Of a stretch of DNA of 64,000 nucleotides, positions 40,042-53,000 are shown piece after piece. Source of the DNA: Paraspadella gotoi (taxonomy: Eukaryota; Animalia; Chaetognatha); contig CM119269.1 in assembly GCA_051294375.1 (NCBI GenBank), positions 6,585,552 through 6,649,551 on the forward strand, given 5' to 3'. Numbering within the stretch: position 1 is the first letter of the stretch; every line of letters begins with the position of its first letter. Position numbers and translations under genes: made by a program. Under the pieces are notes generated by a model. That model was not told the origin of the DNA. It saw only the letters and a program-made list of their open reading frames with translations, and did not search any database.

Positions 40042-43000
40042 ATGTCGGATAAGTTGACAAAATTGCAGAATTTCATCGGCGGGAATTTCGTGGAATGCGA
40101 CAGACACTTGGACAGCGTCAATCCGTCCACCGGAAAGGTAAGTTCCAAGAGGGCTGTGAAGGTGAGGGTTGTCCTTAAAAGTTAAAACTTAAGTAAGAAA
40201 TTTCACTCCGCTTTACTAAGGTTCTTATTAGTAATAATGTATACGTACGGAAATGCATGAAAATTTCGATAAAATTACTTATCAAAAAACGATTTTAATT
40301 TTAATTTTTTACACTAACAACGATGTTAAAGTTGAAAACAAAACTCTTTCTTCGTAAGGTACACGCCCTGGTTCCCGACAGCGGCGCAGGCGAAGCCGAC
40401 GCCGCTGTCGCCGCTGCCAAAGCGGCGTTCCCGGCGTGGGCAGCGACGCCGGTTGCGCAACGATCGGCGTTTCTCAACAAAATCGCGGACAAGATCGAAG
40501 AAAATTTGGAAGAATTTGCGAGGGTAAAGTAAAAAGTTGATCCATAAACTTATCGGCTTTTAATCAATGAAAAGAGACATTATTTTTTGATAAAATATCA
40601 TGCATAAATCATAAACGTACCAATGAAAACTGAATAGATATAGATAGATGAATAAATAAATATTACTGATAGATATATAACTTAATATTCAACGGAAAGG
40701 ACAATAAAAAAATCTTATTCCTTTCCGTTAATCTCAAACGCAACGAAACGAAAGAAAATTACACAATAACTACACTTACACAATAACAATAACACAATAA
40801 CTTCGAATTATATTATATTTTTGACTAGTTTATGAACATGTCTTTTCTTTAACCATTGAAAAGGCGGAGTCCATAGACCAAGGAAAAACGATCAGCTTCG
40901 CCCGCCAAGTGGACATTCCACGTTCCGTCTACAACTTCCGGTTTTTCGCCACCGCAGTTTTACATCAAATCAACGAGTCTTCCTTCTTGCAGGACAAGAA
41001 GTCAGTTTCACCTCTTGTAGCTGGTGACATTTATATTTATTTTTTACGATATCATTGTTCGTGATATATAGAAGCGATGTTTTTAAGTACTTAATATTGT
41101 TTTTTTTTCCCCTATTTTTTCTATTCCTCCTCTCAATTCAGCGCCTTAAACTACGTAGAAAGGACACCAGTGGGCGTGGCTGCGCTTATTAGCCCGTGGA
41201 ACCTCCCCCTCTACCTCTTGACATTCAAAATGGCGCCGGCGTTGGCGACCGGAAACACCGTCGTCGCGAAACCGTCGGAATTGGCGTCGATGACCGCGTG
41301 GCTGATGTGTCGGGTCATTCAGGTCAGACGGTAAAGGGGTTAGAGTGGTTAGAGGGTTATGGACTCATAGGTTTAACGGGTTAGAGGATAACGGGTCAGA
41401 GGGCATAAGGTCAACGAGTAAGGGAATCAATGAATCGCGTGCTCAATAGGTCAAATGGTCATAGGTGCAGAGGGTCAATGGGTCAACGAGTCGGAGAAGC
41501 ATTGTAGGTTCAATAGGTCGTTGGGTCAGAGGGACAATGAAGGTGCCCCGGGTTTAATGGAAACTGATTCACTCGGTAAATATTTTTTTCCCCGCAGGAG
41601 GTCGGTCTACCGTCAGGAGTCGTTAATGTAGTTTTCGGAACAGGTTCGTACTTATTTATTTAAGTTTTTATGAGGTGATGTTATTCATCGCAATTCGCAA
41701 GATAACAACAGAGTACAGACGCATACACAATTTACACAATTATACTTTAATAACAATAATCGTAATAAACAATCGGTTAATTTTCTTCTTTTTTTTTTCA
41801 TTTTTCAGGTCCTTCTGTAGGATCCGCTCTCGTCAGTAACGACGACGTCTCGCTAGTTTCTTTCACCGGTAACGAATATGGGATCTGATACGGAGAAATA
41901 AGAGAGACCAATAGTTGAATATGCGTACATTAATAAATGGATTAAGGAAGGTTTGGCTGGTTTGCTCAGTAAATTTTCTCTCTTACTGGCGTTGTCGACA
42001 TTCCTCCCCACTCCCCAGTATTAAATCTGACGCAACTTTAATAAAAAAAAAAAAGGGCCTAAAAAAAAAACCCTCATATTCTCCCGCAAAAAAGGAAGCA
42101 CGGTCACTGGAGCCAAAATTCGCTCAACTTGCGCCAACTCCTGCAAGAAGCTTTCGCTGGAGCTAGGAGGCAAAAATCCTGCGATAATTTTCGCCGATTG
42201 CGACGTTGATGACGCCGTCGCCACGTCAGTGAGGTCATCCTTTGCCAATCAGGTGGCGTTGGTGTGAGCTTGGGTGGAGTGTGGATGGGGTCTGGCTGGA
42301 GTGGTAGGGTTATATCTAGAGCCAGACTGGGCTGGGGCTTGAGTGACACTACAGTGAGAATTTAATGTGACTAAAGTAAGATTGTAAAACCAGCTGAAGT
42401 GGAACTGCGCTCGGGATAGATTAAGTCGGAGGTCGGCTAGAGTGAGATTGAGATTAGTCTGTACGATTTGCGGTCAGCGAGAGTGGAAAAGCGGTTAGTG
42501 GAGGAAGGGGTCAGACTAGGATAGGATTATAGATAGACCCGCCGCGAATGGGACTGAAATTTATGATCTGTGCGGCTAGTTTCTGAAAAAAACAAGAACG
42601 GTAATTAAAATGTGTTGCGCCACCCTGACTGCCCTATCACGAGTATTTCTCGTGACATAACATGACTATAATAACTTTCTTAACCCGTGTATTGATGACA
42701 TGCACTGCATCAAAATTTCGTCTTTTATTCTATTTTAGTTCTAGGATTTCCAGGAGGCGGCGCTTGCAGTCCCTTAGATATGATATTTTTTCCTGTCATA
42801 ACAAAAGAGCAACCAAATATAAAGAAATTATTTGCATTTTGAATGTAATTGGGACAAACCCACGGACAGACATACCGACCGACCGACCGAAAAGTGACTT
42901 ATATTGTTGCTCCGCGAGTACTCGCGGCGCAAATAAAAAAGACTTGCTTTAGTCTCAGGATGTAGGTTTAACGAGATCGCTGAGTCGGCATATCAAGTCG

Positions 43001-44437
43001 CGCCATAAAACCCTTACCTTCTCCCTTACCCAAAGGGCGAAATCTGTCTCTGCACGAGTCGCATTTTCGTAGAGAATTCTATCTTCGACGATTTCGTCGC
43101 CAAATTCGTCGCCGCCTCTCGAAGGATGAAGGTCGGTCCGCCGCTGGACGAGAACACGCAGGTCGGGGCTTTGAACTCCAAGGCGCACATGGAGAAGGTG
43201 AGGCATGGCAGAGGGGAATGTTGGAGTCTTTTTTGAGAATGGAGAAGGTGAGGCATGGTAGAGAGGTCGTATCAGAGAATGGAGAAATGTGAGGCTTGGC
43301 GGGAGGGCCCGTTTTTGGCTTTTTCCTAATATTTGGTTGGGACTTGCCATGGTGAGGATAGGACAAAGAACCTGTTAAATGCTCAAAGGATCTTTTGAAA
43401 TGATCTCTATTCACATTGTGAAATTGTGTCATTTTAATTCTTTAAGACAAGGAGATATCTGTTGAAAAACTCGGCCGGACAATTTTCAAATTTTAAACCC
43501 ACAACTGCTCCACATTCCGCACCGACCGATTCATCAAGGTTCTCCGCTTCATCGATCTGGCGCGGGCGGAAGGCTGCGGTGTCCTCTGCGGCGCCGGCGT
43601 CGACCCGCTCGATCTGCCCGTCGAATTCCGCGGCGGCTTCTTCGTCCCTCCGACCGTCTTAGTGGGCGTGGCTGACGAATCAAAGTGTATGAAGGTGGGA
43701 GGAAGTCGATTTAATATTTATTTACGTTCTATCTAACTATCAATATATATCTCTATATATCTATTCTTTATCTCAAGACTTTATGTATCTTTATGTATCT
43801 ACGCAGGAAGAAATCTTCGGTCCAGTGACTTGCATCGTTCCCTTCGAATCGGAGGAAGAAGCGGTGAGTGAAAGGGAATACAATCAACACGACAAATTAT
43901 ATTCTGTGAAATGAGTTCTCGTCTGAGAAACGATTCACGATTCACGATTCAGATCTGGAGAGCGAACGACGTCGTCTACGGTCTTTGCGCCACCGTCTTC
44001 TCGCGGGACGTCAAACGCTGTCATAGAGTCGCAAGGAAGCTGGAGGTAAAACGGATGAAAGAAACGAAATAATGATGTCATATTAAAACAATTAACTTTG
44101 ACATTAGGATCAAAACATATTTTGAATAATGTGAATCAACATTTCACACTCTAAAGTACCCGCGCTGCGCAGATTTGGATGTATCGAGTCACTTTTTCCC
44201 ACTATTCATTGTCTACTCACTGTCACTACTCCGGGTCTCTTTTCGGCCATTTCTCAGGGTTATTACATGATCTTCAAACCTTGTCTTCAGGCCGGGACCG
44301 TCTGGGTCAACTGTTGGATGGTTCGCGATCTCAACATGCCCTTCGGCGGCGTCAAGAGTTCCGGCGAAGGGAGAGAAGGGTTCAAAGATTCTTTGGAGTT
44401 TTACACGCAGTCAAAAACGGTCTGCGTCAAGTTGTGA
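40042..44437 (+). CDS. ALDH8A1: 2-aminomuconic semialdehyde dehydrogenase (ALDH8A1), ~12 exons
   Basis: [69 protein letters not shown], catalytic [23 protein letters not shown] and [22 protein letters not shown]. These closely follow ALDH8A1 as recalled. Confidence 0.93.
42588..42940. mobile_element. Possible Helentron-associated (HINE/DINE-1-like) non-autonomous element in an ALDH8A1 intron
   Basis: Starts AACAAG in an A-run and has a (GACA/GACC)n microsatellite at ~42865-42890. A 16-bp perfect palindrome CCGCGAGTACTCGCGG (42912-42927) precedes an A-run. Boundaries are inferred. Confidence 0.45.
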
Positions 44438-47053
44438 ATTTGGCTTTCGCAACTAATAGTTCAATGTATTTTTATTTACAAGTTTTATTTACAGTTTTTA
44501 TAAGAAAAAAAAATTGATCCCTTTATCAGTATTTTGACACAGATAATAATGTAGAGTTGTTATGTTTGAATTTGTATTTTATAAGGTTTACCGAGATTAA
44601 TTGAAGATGTGGAATTCATCGAAGGCCGCCTTGCTTATTTAACTTATTTACTAGGGTAACTATTATTTCTCCTAATTTTTTTTTTTCAATGTTGAAATTT
44701 TTATTTTCAATAGATTTTAAAAGGAAAACGTGATTATGATTTAGTATTATTCATAATATAAACAAAATATTTTTATTCTGGCTTGTGTTTTATTTACTAC
44801 AGTGTCTCATTGATTAAAAAGATGAAGCATTAAAAAAAATTAATAGTTTTAATAGGAACTGAAGGTCCTATAAAAATTTTACTTCTTCAAAAATTTAATA
44901 TCCCAGGAAAATTGTTAAAACATATTATGATTTTTCATTAATGACTTTCTGACAGAAATGATGTGTGATATCTATTAGAAAACTAGGACAGATAGTAATC
45001 TAACCTTGTGTTGTATAGATGCTCCCTCTATTTCCAGAAGACAACACTGACTTCCCCTTCCCAAATTGAATTATTAGATAAATAAAACATTTTTAAGAAA
45101 GAAAGCAATATATGTTAGATTAAATAATAAGATTAAATACTAAATCCTTCATAAAATATAAAAATAGAAAATAGTGAAACAAGTAATTTGCAAATTTTCA
45201 TAAAAACAATCCTAAATGTTTCATAAACACTATCCTAGCTAGAATTTTGTGAATTGGTTGGAAAGAAAAGTCAAGTAGTTTACTATTAGTATCTTTGACT
45301 TTCGTTGATGCTATGAAAATATGTTTAGGATCTTCCCGGTCGGTTATTTTTTGTTCTACTTCTCATTTAAGTAAGAAGACAGAGGTCAAGGCATGCTCTT
45401 TCTTCTTGGAATCGTGGTCTGTCGAATACACTCCTGTCACCACATTTAATTAAGTAGACAGAGATTTCAACATGAAACCAAGGTGGATTTTAGTCTCAGA
45501 AGAGTCACAAGCAAAGACGGCGTCAGAATTTGAGACAGATGGATTCAATACAAAATGGTCAAGTATTTATAGCATAAAATCGGATCATCGACACGGGCTC
45601 GTTTTCCGATGGCATGAAGCCCCTCTTCTCATTGGTCCATTCCGATGATGATTCGTCCAATCAGAGAGTCCTCGGCGGATTTCATTCGAGTCGCGGATCT
45701 TATCTATTCTATCTGCGATGTTCTTATGATCACAAACATGAAAAAAGAAGTTAATGAAAATTTTAGCGAGTCAGTAATATTGATATGGAATCTTAGTGAT
45801 GACGTCATTGTACTCTACAATAAATCCACTATTGTCTTTCCCTAAATAGTTTTGCAGTGTCTCTCGGGCCGATACATTATCTCGCTATTCAATGCCGTGA
45901 TGGCGAAATGTCATATCCAAGGGTCAACTCGCGAGGGAGCCGCCTCTGATGGCCGGACAACATGGTTTGTGGAGGATGAATTCCTTGGTCCAGTAAAATG
46001 TGGGTTAGGGGATAAGCCCAAGAATATTTGGGAATCACAATGAAATTGAAATTCAAAATTTCTTAATTTTTGACTATCATAGTTTTAAAAAATAATAATA
46101 ATAATAATAATAATATAATATTTTTATAATTTAAATATAGTCAATTTTTCATTTTGATTGTAATTGTTTTTTTGTTTTTTTTTGTGCCACCGAAAAAATT
46201 ATGAACAATCAGAAACTACCAGTCTACCAGTTCTTTTATTCGTCGAACAATTGATGAAGCGAACAAAATAATTCGGTCGACCTTCGTTTCTAATTATTTT
46301 TATTAAACCGTATTCGTTATTCTCGATGTCGTCAGCGAAATAAAAATAATCCTTCCGCAGCGAAATTACGAATGAATTTGTCGCAAGAAGAAGATTCGGT
46401 CAAAGTTTTTTTAGGTTAATATCTTTCGTAATATAATTTGACTTTTTTTGGCTTCCACAATCCTTTTCTCTTTTTAGCCTTCTTTTTGCGTCTTACGCTT
46501 ACAGTTTCAGCTTTTGTTTTCGTTTCTTCTCTGTTTCATCAATTTATCCGCCATTCTAATGTCGAACTACTTTCGTCATCTTCATCTCAGCCATCCGTTT
46601 TGTTCTCTTTGGTCACCGTCGTTTGTACTTACCTTTGTTTGACCCGAGACTCACCCTGCGACGGAATACAAAGAAGAGTCTCTCTCTTTCTCGGATTTTT
46701 TTTTCCTTAGTTCGGTCGCTTGTCCTCATGTATCTACATCCATTAAGAAGCCCAAAAACAGTTGGCGACTAGTCATATTTTTCTTTGAATTAAGAAGTAG
46801 AGCAGTTGAGAAGAAAAATAGTGAAAACGCTAAATGAACGCTAAATTGATTAGTCACACACACACTCTCTCTCTCTCTGTATGTGTGTGTCGTAGGAAAC
46901 TTCCGGCAAATTCATCTATTACTCGACTTTCATCGTAATAAGTTCAACAGATAGTGAATTCGTCCATAAATTTGTCTTAAATCGGACTGAATACAATTGA
47001 GATCGGACATCTAAATTCCGTTATATGCCTAATAGTAACCAAAATAATAAAAA

Positions 47054-49521
47054 ATGAAAACTCCACTAACAAAATTGACGTTTTTCTTTGCGGTCATCTT
47101 CGCCTTCGGCAGACGAGAAGTCTTAAGCCTTTCCGATGATCCTTTGGGAGATTTCACGGAAATGCTTAGATCCGATTACGATTCGCGAATCCGACCGAAA
47201 AGCAAAGGTAAGAATAATCACAGCTTCGTTGAGTTTGTGATCACTCATGAGTCATGATCTACTCATGATAATTGTTTTCTCCGTTTTCACCGCCTTCAGT
47301 ATATTCACCCTCGTTAATCAAAGATAAATAGAGCCATGCGACCTAATTCGAATGTTGAATTGTCAATAGGAACAGCATAAAACAAATCAGTATTCATAGT
47401 TGTGTTAAAATATGTATTTTTTAAAAATAAATTTTCAAAATAAAGCTTCGCAGATAAAGACAACGTAAAAAAATGGTTGTACCAATTTCATAAGCGTTCA
47501 AACTTTCCCTCCAGGCGATCCAACCGTCGTAACGGTCACCCTTTACCTCCACTCTTTCGTAAAAACGACGACGACGACGAAAACCAGTGCGACGATGAGC
47601 ACAGGTCTCACCCTGAAATGGACGGACGAGCGACTCTCGCGCAAAGAAGGAAGAAGCGTAAATCTCCCACCGGCGATATTTGGTTCGTTGTGTTTTTGTT
47701 GAGATAGAGAGGGAGAGATCAGAGATAGAGATATATCGAGAAAGAGAAAGAGAAGTAGAGTTATTTATCGATTCCTAAAGGGTCCAATTAGGTTACTTTT
47801 CGTTTTCGTGTTCAAATCAAAAGCGTAATATTTTGAAATTGCATCATCTTTCTTTCTGTTCCAACCACTTACCCCCTTCTCTCCCCTTAGCCCATATCTG
47901 GCGCCCGGACATCACCTACTCGTCGGCGTCGTCCGCCCGACGGCGCCCTTGCGTAACACCGTGTTCGTGGGTGTGGGCCGATTCGGACGGCGCCTTTTCT
48001 TCCACTGAAGAGCATCTCGTCGAAGTCGGCGTCAAATTCGACGCCGAGAGGTTTCCTTTCGATGAAGTCGTCGTGGAAGTCGACGTCGAGCCGCGTGAGT
48101 TGTGGTTGTTGTTGTCGTTGTTGTAATTGCTGTCGTCGTCGTCGTCGTCTCCGTAGTTGTCGTCTTTGTTGTTGTTGTCTTTATGGTCATTGTGGTCGTT
48201 GTTGTCGTCTTCCTAGGTAGAGCCTCTCCGCTCTCCACAATTTTAGTTTTTAGTTTTCGATTACCGACTTTCTGTATTGAAAATTTCTCCAGTGCTCAAA
48301 TTTTTGCCTCCAGGACTTGCAACCTGTTTTGTTTTAATCACAATCATTGTGCCTCTCCTTTAGTCTGAGCGAGGGGTCTAAATTTGTTAAACCTTCTGAT
48401 TAGAGGAGATTTAGCGCTCATTTTTAACCATGAGCACCTGAGGCGAGGGTGTTCATTGTCTGTCCACTGTCCCCCCCCCTCTCGCCGCCCCTGATTGCAC
48501 CCCGGGGTAGATTTTAAACCTGCGTACAAATTTTAATGTAATTATTTACCTTTCCAAACTATTTTTATAATTTGTACAAATATCAAATAAAAAAAAAACC
48601 CTTAATAAACACTCCTATAAATAAGTTCTTAATGCTCCAAACCAATAAATTTTAATCAAAATTTAAAATACGCAACAGATTTTCACATTTTTCACCCAGG
48701 TCCTAGGCCTCCCCTAGCAAGGTTGGGGTTTGTAAATCTAAACTGAGGCCTAATAAATCGTTTTAGTTTGGTTCTTATCATCACAGATGAATGTTATGGT
48801 AATCNNNNNNNNNNACTATGTATTCTTTTCCTGACTACTTACAACCGCATTCTTTAAAATACCGCACCCGCCAGACTCTGCCTTCGCATCGGAGGTCCAA
48901 CTAGAATGGGACGAGTACCTGCCCCTGCACCTGCCAGAAGACATCATTCTCGGCGACGAAGTCCTCAACGGCGAATTCCGTTTGACGAACGCATCCACGT
49001 CCAGCTGCACAAAACACTTCAGCACCGGATCCATCAGCTGCCTCAGAGCCTCCTACGTCTTGCAGCGCAGCTACGATACTTACCTCCGGCGCTACTACGC
49101 GCCGGTTGGCGTTGTCGTCCTCCTCGTCGTCGTCCTCTCCCTTTCTCTTCGTCGGTTCGACGCCGGCGCGTTCGAGACGGCGTCGTTGGCGCAGTTCGTC
49201 GGCGTCCTCGTCATTGCCGCCGTCAAGAGCGCCCTCGCTGGTTTGGTCGAGGCGCCGTCGGAGTCGGCGATGGAAGTCGTGGTGGACGTCGCTCTCGTCG
49301 TCGTCTCTCTTCTTTGGGCGGAAAATCGAGCGACGGCGGCGGTAGCGGCGACACCCGCAGCAGCACCAGCTCCGCCAGCGGCGGCATCCGCAGCGCCAGC
49401 GGATGCGGCGGCGGCGACGAAGTCGAAACACTTAATGACGGCGCTGAACGTTTTTCACTTCATCTTTGTTATACTCTGTGGCGGCGCTTATCTTGTATAC
49501 TTCGTAAATCAATTACCATAA
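47054..49521 (+). CDS. Pentameric ligand-gated ion channel subunit, GlyR/GluCl-like but lacking the Cys-loop cysteines; 4 exons (47054-47207, 47515-47682, 47891-48094, 48875-49521), 390 aa
   Basis: Signal peptide, DYDSRIRP, WTDERL, IWRPD, FPFD, CTKHFSTGSISCLRASYVLQRSYDTYLRRYYAP and four hydrophobic segments. Three phase-1 GT-AG introns give a 1173-nt uninterrupted ORF. Confidence 0.88.
48240..48493. mobile_element. Truncated copy of the hAT-type MITE, in pLGIC intron 3
   Basis: Internal match to ~22015-22230. The right end CTCGCCGCCCCTG is the exact reverse complement of the TIR at 21957. Confidence 0.8.
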
Positions 49522-50012
49522 GTATGACGCTAAATTTTAAATATTTTATTTCCTATTTGTAAGTACCATTTGTTTTCCGATTGTTCCGGAACTAAACAAC
49601 TGTTTCGCACCAGTTGTATAGCATCTTTGCCTTGCCTCGTCTATACATACATAATTACATATACAACTTGTGACGGGAAAATTAACTTTAAATGAACCCA
49701 GTTTTACGTAATCTATCTCGCTGTTCACACTAGGCAGTGTATGTCGTACACCGGTCAAACTTTTTCAATTGACTGAAAAATCCTCAGATTATAAAAAAAA
49801 TAATCGAAAAGAAAAGCAAGTTTCAATTCCAATTTTTTAAATTTAATTTATTAATTTTAAAAAAATATTCGAGACTTATTAAATAAGATATCTCAGATTG
49901 AAAAGGATAAACTATGGTTTTTAATCTCTAAAGTGATGTGAGAGAAAAAAATATATACATAGTAGATTTGCTTAATTTTTTGTTTTAACAATATTAGAAA
50001 TTTAACATTTCA

Positions 50013-53000
50013 TTAGTTGTAGTACACTTGCAATAATATCGCTGGTAAAAATACACATGAGGCCATTAGAACGCTCATACTTTTATCCATTGTACTGTCA
50101 ATCAATCTTTCATAGTTTGTAAAAATAAGTATAAGTTGTTGGTAAAATTCTGACGTTGTAAATTGAATTAAGCGACCGTGACAGGTTTTCAAAATGTTAT
50201 TCAGGGGAATTAGAAAATGATAACTGGATGAAATTAATTCTATACCATTCTTGAACGAATTTTCTATTTCTATCCTTTTAAAGTCGCAGTCTGGAAATAC
50301 AAATAGTAGGTCTCTACAAAACAAGTCATAAAAGTGATTATCATTTATATTTGATTTGGTAAATTCGTTAATTAAAATAACAAAAAAAATATAGAAAACG
50401 ATTATCATAATCAAAACAGAAACTTTTACTTTTAAAGTTGTACAAGTAAATTTCATGTACTTATTATTCCTAATATATATAAACGTATTGAGAGTCAAAG
50501 GTAAAAAAGAAACGTAATACAAAAAGTAATAATAGTCTTTCCAAAGTGAAAAGAATACAAGTCTATTCTCGATATAATGCATTTTTATTTCATTAACTGC
50601 TTTTTTTTCTAATATTAAACTACAATAAGATTCAATTTCTTTTACCAAACGAAGAAAAAAAATATGATTAGGCCTAACTGAATACATATAGAGTAAAAAA
50701 CTGATAATAACCAATGAGTTAGTCATCCTGACTAATCTCCCTTGTAATACCGACAACTTTATAGAGATAACTTTATGGGCCACGATATATAAAACAGCTA
50801 TTAGGACAAACGGTATAGTCTGAAAAAATTTTGCAAAGAAATAAAGTCGTAGTCTTGACTCAACTAAAATCTGCTCCATATATTTTCTCAAAGAACATTC
50901 ATTTTCATTCAAAAAATCTAGATGCAACTCAGTCTCTCGAACACAATCAGTAATTTTGGCTTTTAAAAAATCTTTAACACCACCAGGAAAATTTGAGACT
51001 TCATTAATTAAAAATACATGGCTAAAAGATACATAGACATTCATTGCCATTACTACAAAAGGGGCCAAAAGAGCAGCGAGCGGAATTAACAACTTTTTAA
51101 ATCCACATTTTAAACTTACAATAACAAAAAAATAAATGAAACCAACAGAAGCATCTATAAAGACACAAAATAAGATAATATGGAATTTTAAATTATAGAT
51201 CAAATAATTTCCAAAATATAATATCCAATCAGGTTCCAACTTTTCAAATGGCTTTAAATTATCAATACGGTCCAATTGTAACGTAATTATTTTGTCAGGG
51301 CATCTGATATATGTGACATGAGGTAACCCTTTAAGGCTTAATTTGCTCCACTTTTCAAAGTCAATTTGTGATTGAACCCTGTAGCAACCATAAATAAGAG
51401 AATTAGATGTTAAATTCCAGAGATCCTCATAAAAATACATTTGAGGAATGATTTGATCTCCAACTTTAAATATTTGAGAGGGATTGAAATCAGAAAGGCT
51501 TGTAATTTCTTCAAATTCTCCATTGATGCAATTGAAAAAGCTTCGGCATTGGTTTAGAAAGTGAATCAATGAGAACCAAAAGGCATTCAAAAACGGAACC
51601 ATTAGGAATTGCAGATACACGCTCTTGGTTTTCGGCGAGGACAAAACTTTATCTGGTCCCTTGAGCCTGTTCCAAAACTCAGAAAACTGGACAGGAACCA
51701 GAATTCGAGACAAAATTAAAGGACACAAAAGAACTATTAGCAAGGAGGATTTGATGGCCGTCAAATACAGACAGTAAAGCGAGAGACATATTCCAGTCAA
51801 ACCTTAAAAAATAGAATGACACGGATTATAGCAACTTCAGATTTTGCATTCTGGTAAAAAAATCGCTGACATTTTTTATTTTTTAACTCCGATTAGAAAT
51901 CTGGACGACTGAGACCCAGTCGTCCAGATTTCTTACTTTCTTAGTTATGGACCTTTTTGATATAAGATTATGGTGGACTAAAATCCACCAACCGTTCATC
52001 AGCGGCCATTGGTGCCGGAGGCAAGTCATTCGCTTCCCAACCCAAAGGTCCGGGGTTCTACCCCGGTGGCTGCCTAGCAGTTAAGAGGGTCGGGGCGCTT
52101 AACCCGACTGTAACATGGTGTTACAGCCTGATCCGAAGCTCAGGGACTGCTTATATTGAACGGTTCTGTCATTAACACATAATAATTATCACTGTTTCTT
52201 CAAGATATACTTTTGAAGCAAAAGGTAAGGACGGCCAAAGGCATCATAAATCATGGATTAAGCTCATGATGATGGACGGGAGAAAGGAGACATAAATGGT
52301 AAACAAATAAACTATTAAAAAAAACCCGACACTGGCTAATCAATAATTATATCACGTGATCTGTATGAGAAAGAAAAGGTTTAATACAAAAATAACAGAT
52401 GATGATTGATGATAATTAATCATAATCATATGTAAAGTTTTATTGATTAAACACGGACGAAATGAGTTACTTCCAATCTGACATTTCGCAAAAGTTTGAG
52501 TCCAACACATTTTCAAAAAGATCAAACGAGGTATCTGTCTTGAACTCATTCACTCATACTTTGTGTTACGAAATCATTATCAATATATATCGAGGAAATC
52601 CAAACTTCTCTACTTTCACCCCGATGCTCTTTTATTTCTATTTTACTAACGCAAGGAATTCTATTTCTCCGGCGATCACAGCGACATCTCTAGTTTCGAA
52701 TTTGTATCATAGTATATATACTTAAGTACAGTTCTCCGAGAGGCTACGCATGGCTGATTCTGATTGGTTCCCGCCGTTTCGATAGATTTCAGCATTGATT
52801 TCTATCGACGTGTAACCTTTCAGATCTTGTTCAGTCTTGCAATGCGTTTTCATTACTTTTAAAAGATAAAATCGCCTTTAGATATCTCGGAAACTTCTTT
52901 TTAATAAGAAACTAGTGATCGCTGGATTGGTGGACTTTCCTTGTGATAGAGGCAACCATTCTACAAATTTGGCTTCAGAAACAAGTAAGATGGATTCTTT

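Noticed and set aside
48901-49562. Overlapping Arg-rich ORFs on both strands (similar cases at 24913-25452 and 36338-37186)
   Set aside because: They are shadow frames of GC-rich real exons.
51993-52075. Functional tRNA-Gly gene
   Set aside because: The anticodon stem does not pair, the T-loop is non-canonical, and it is embedded in a longer repeat.
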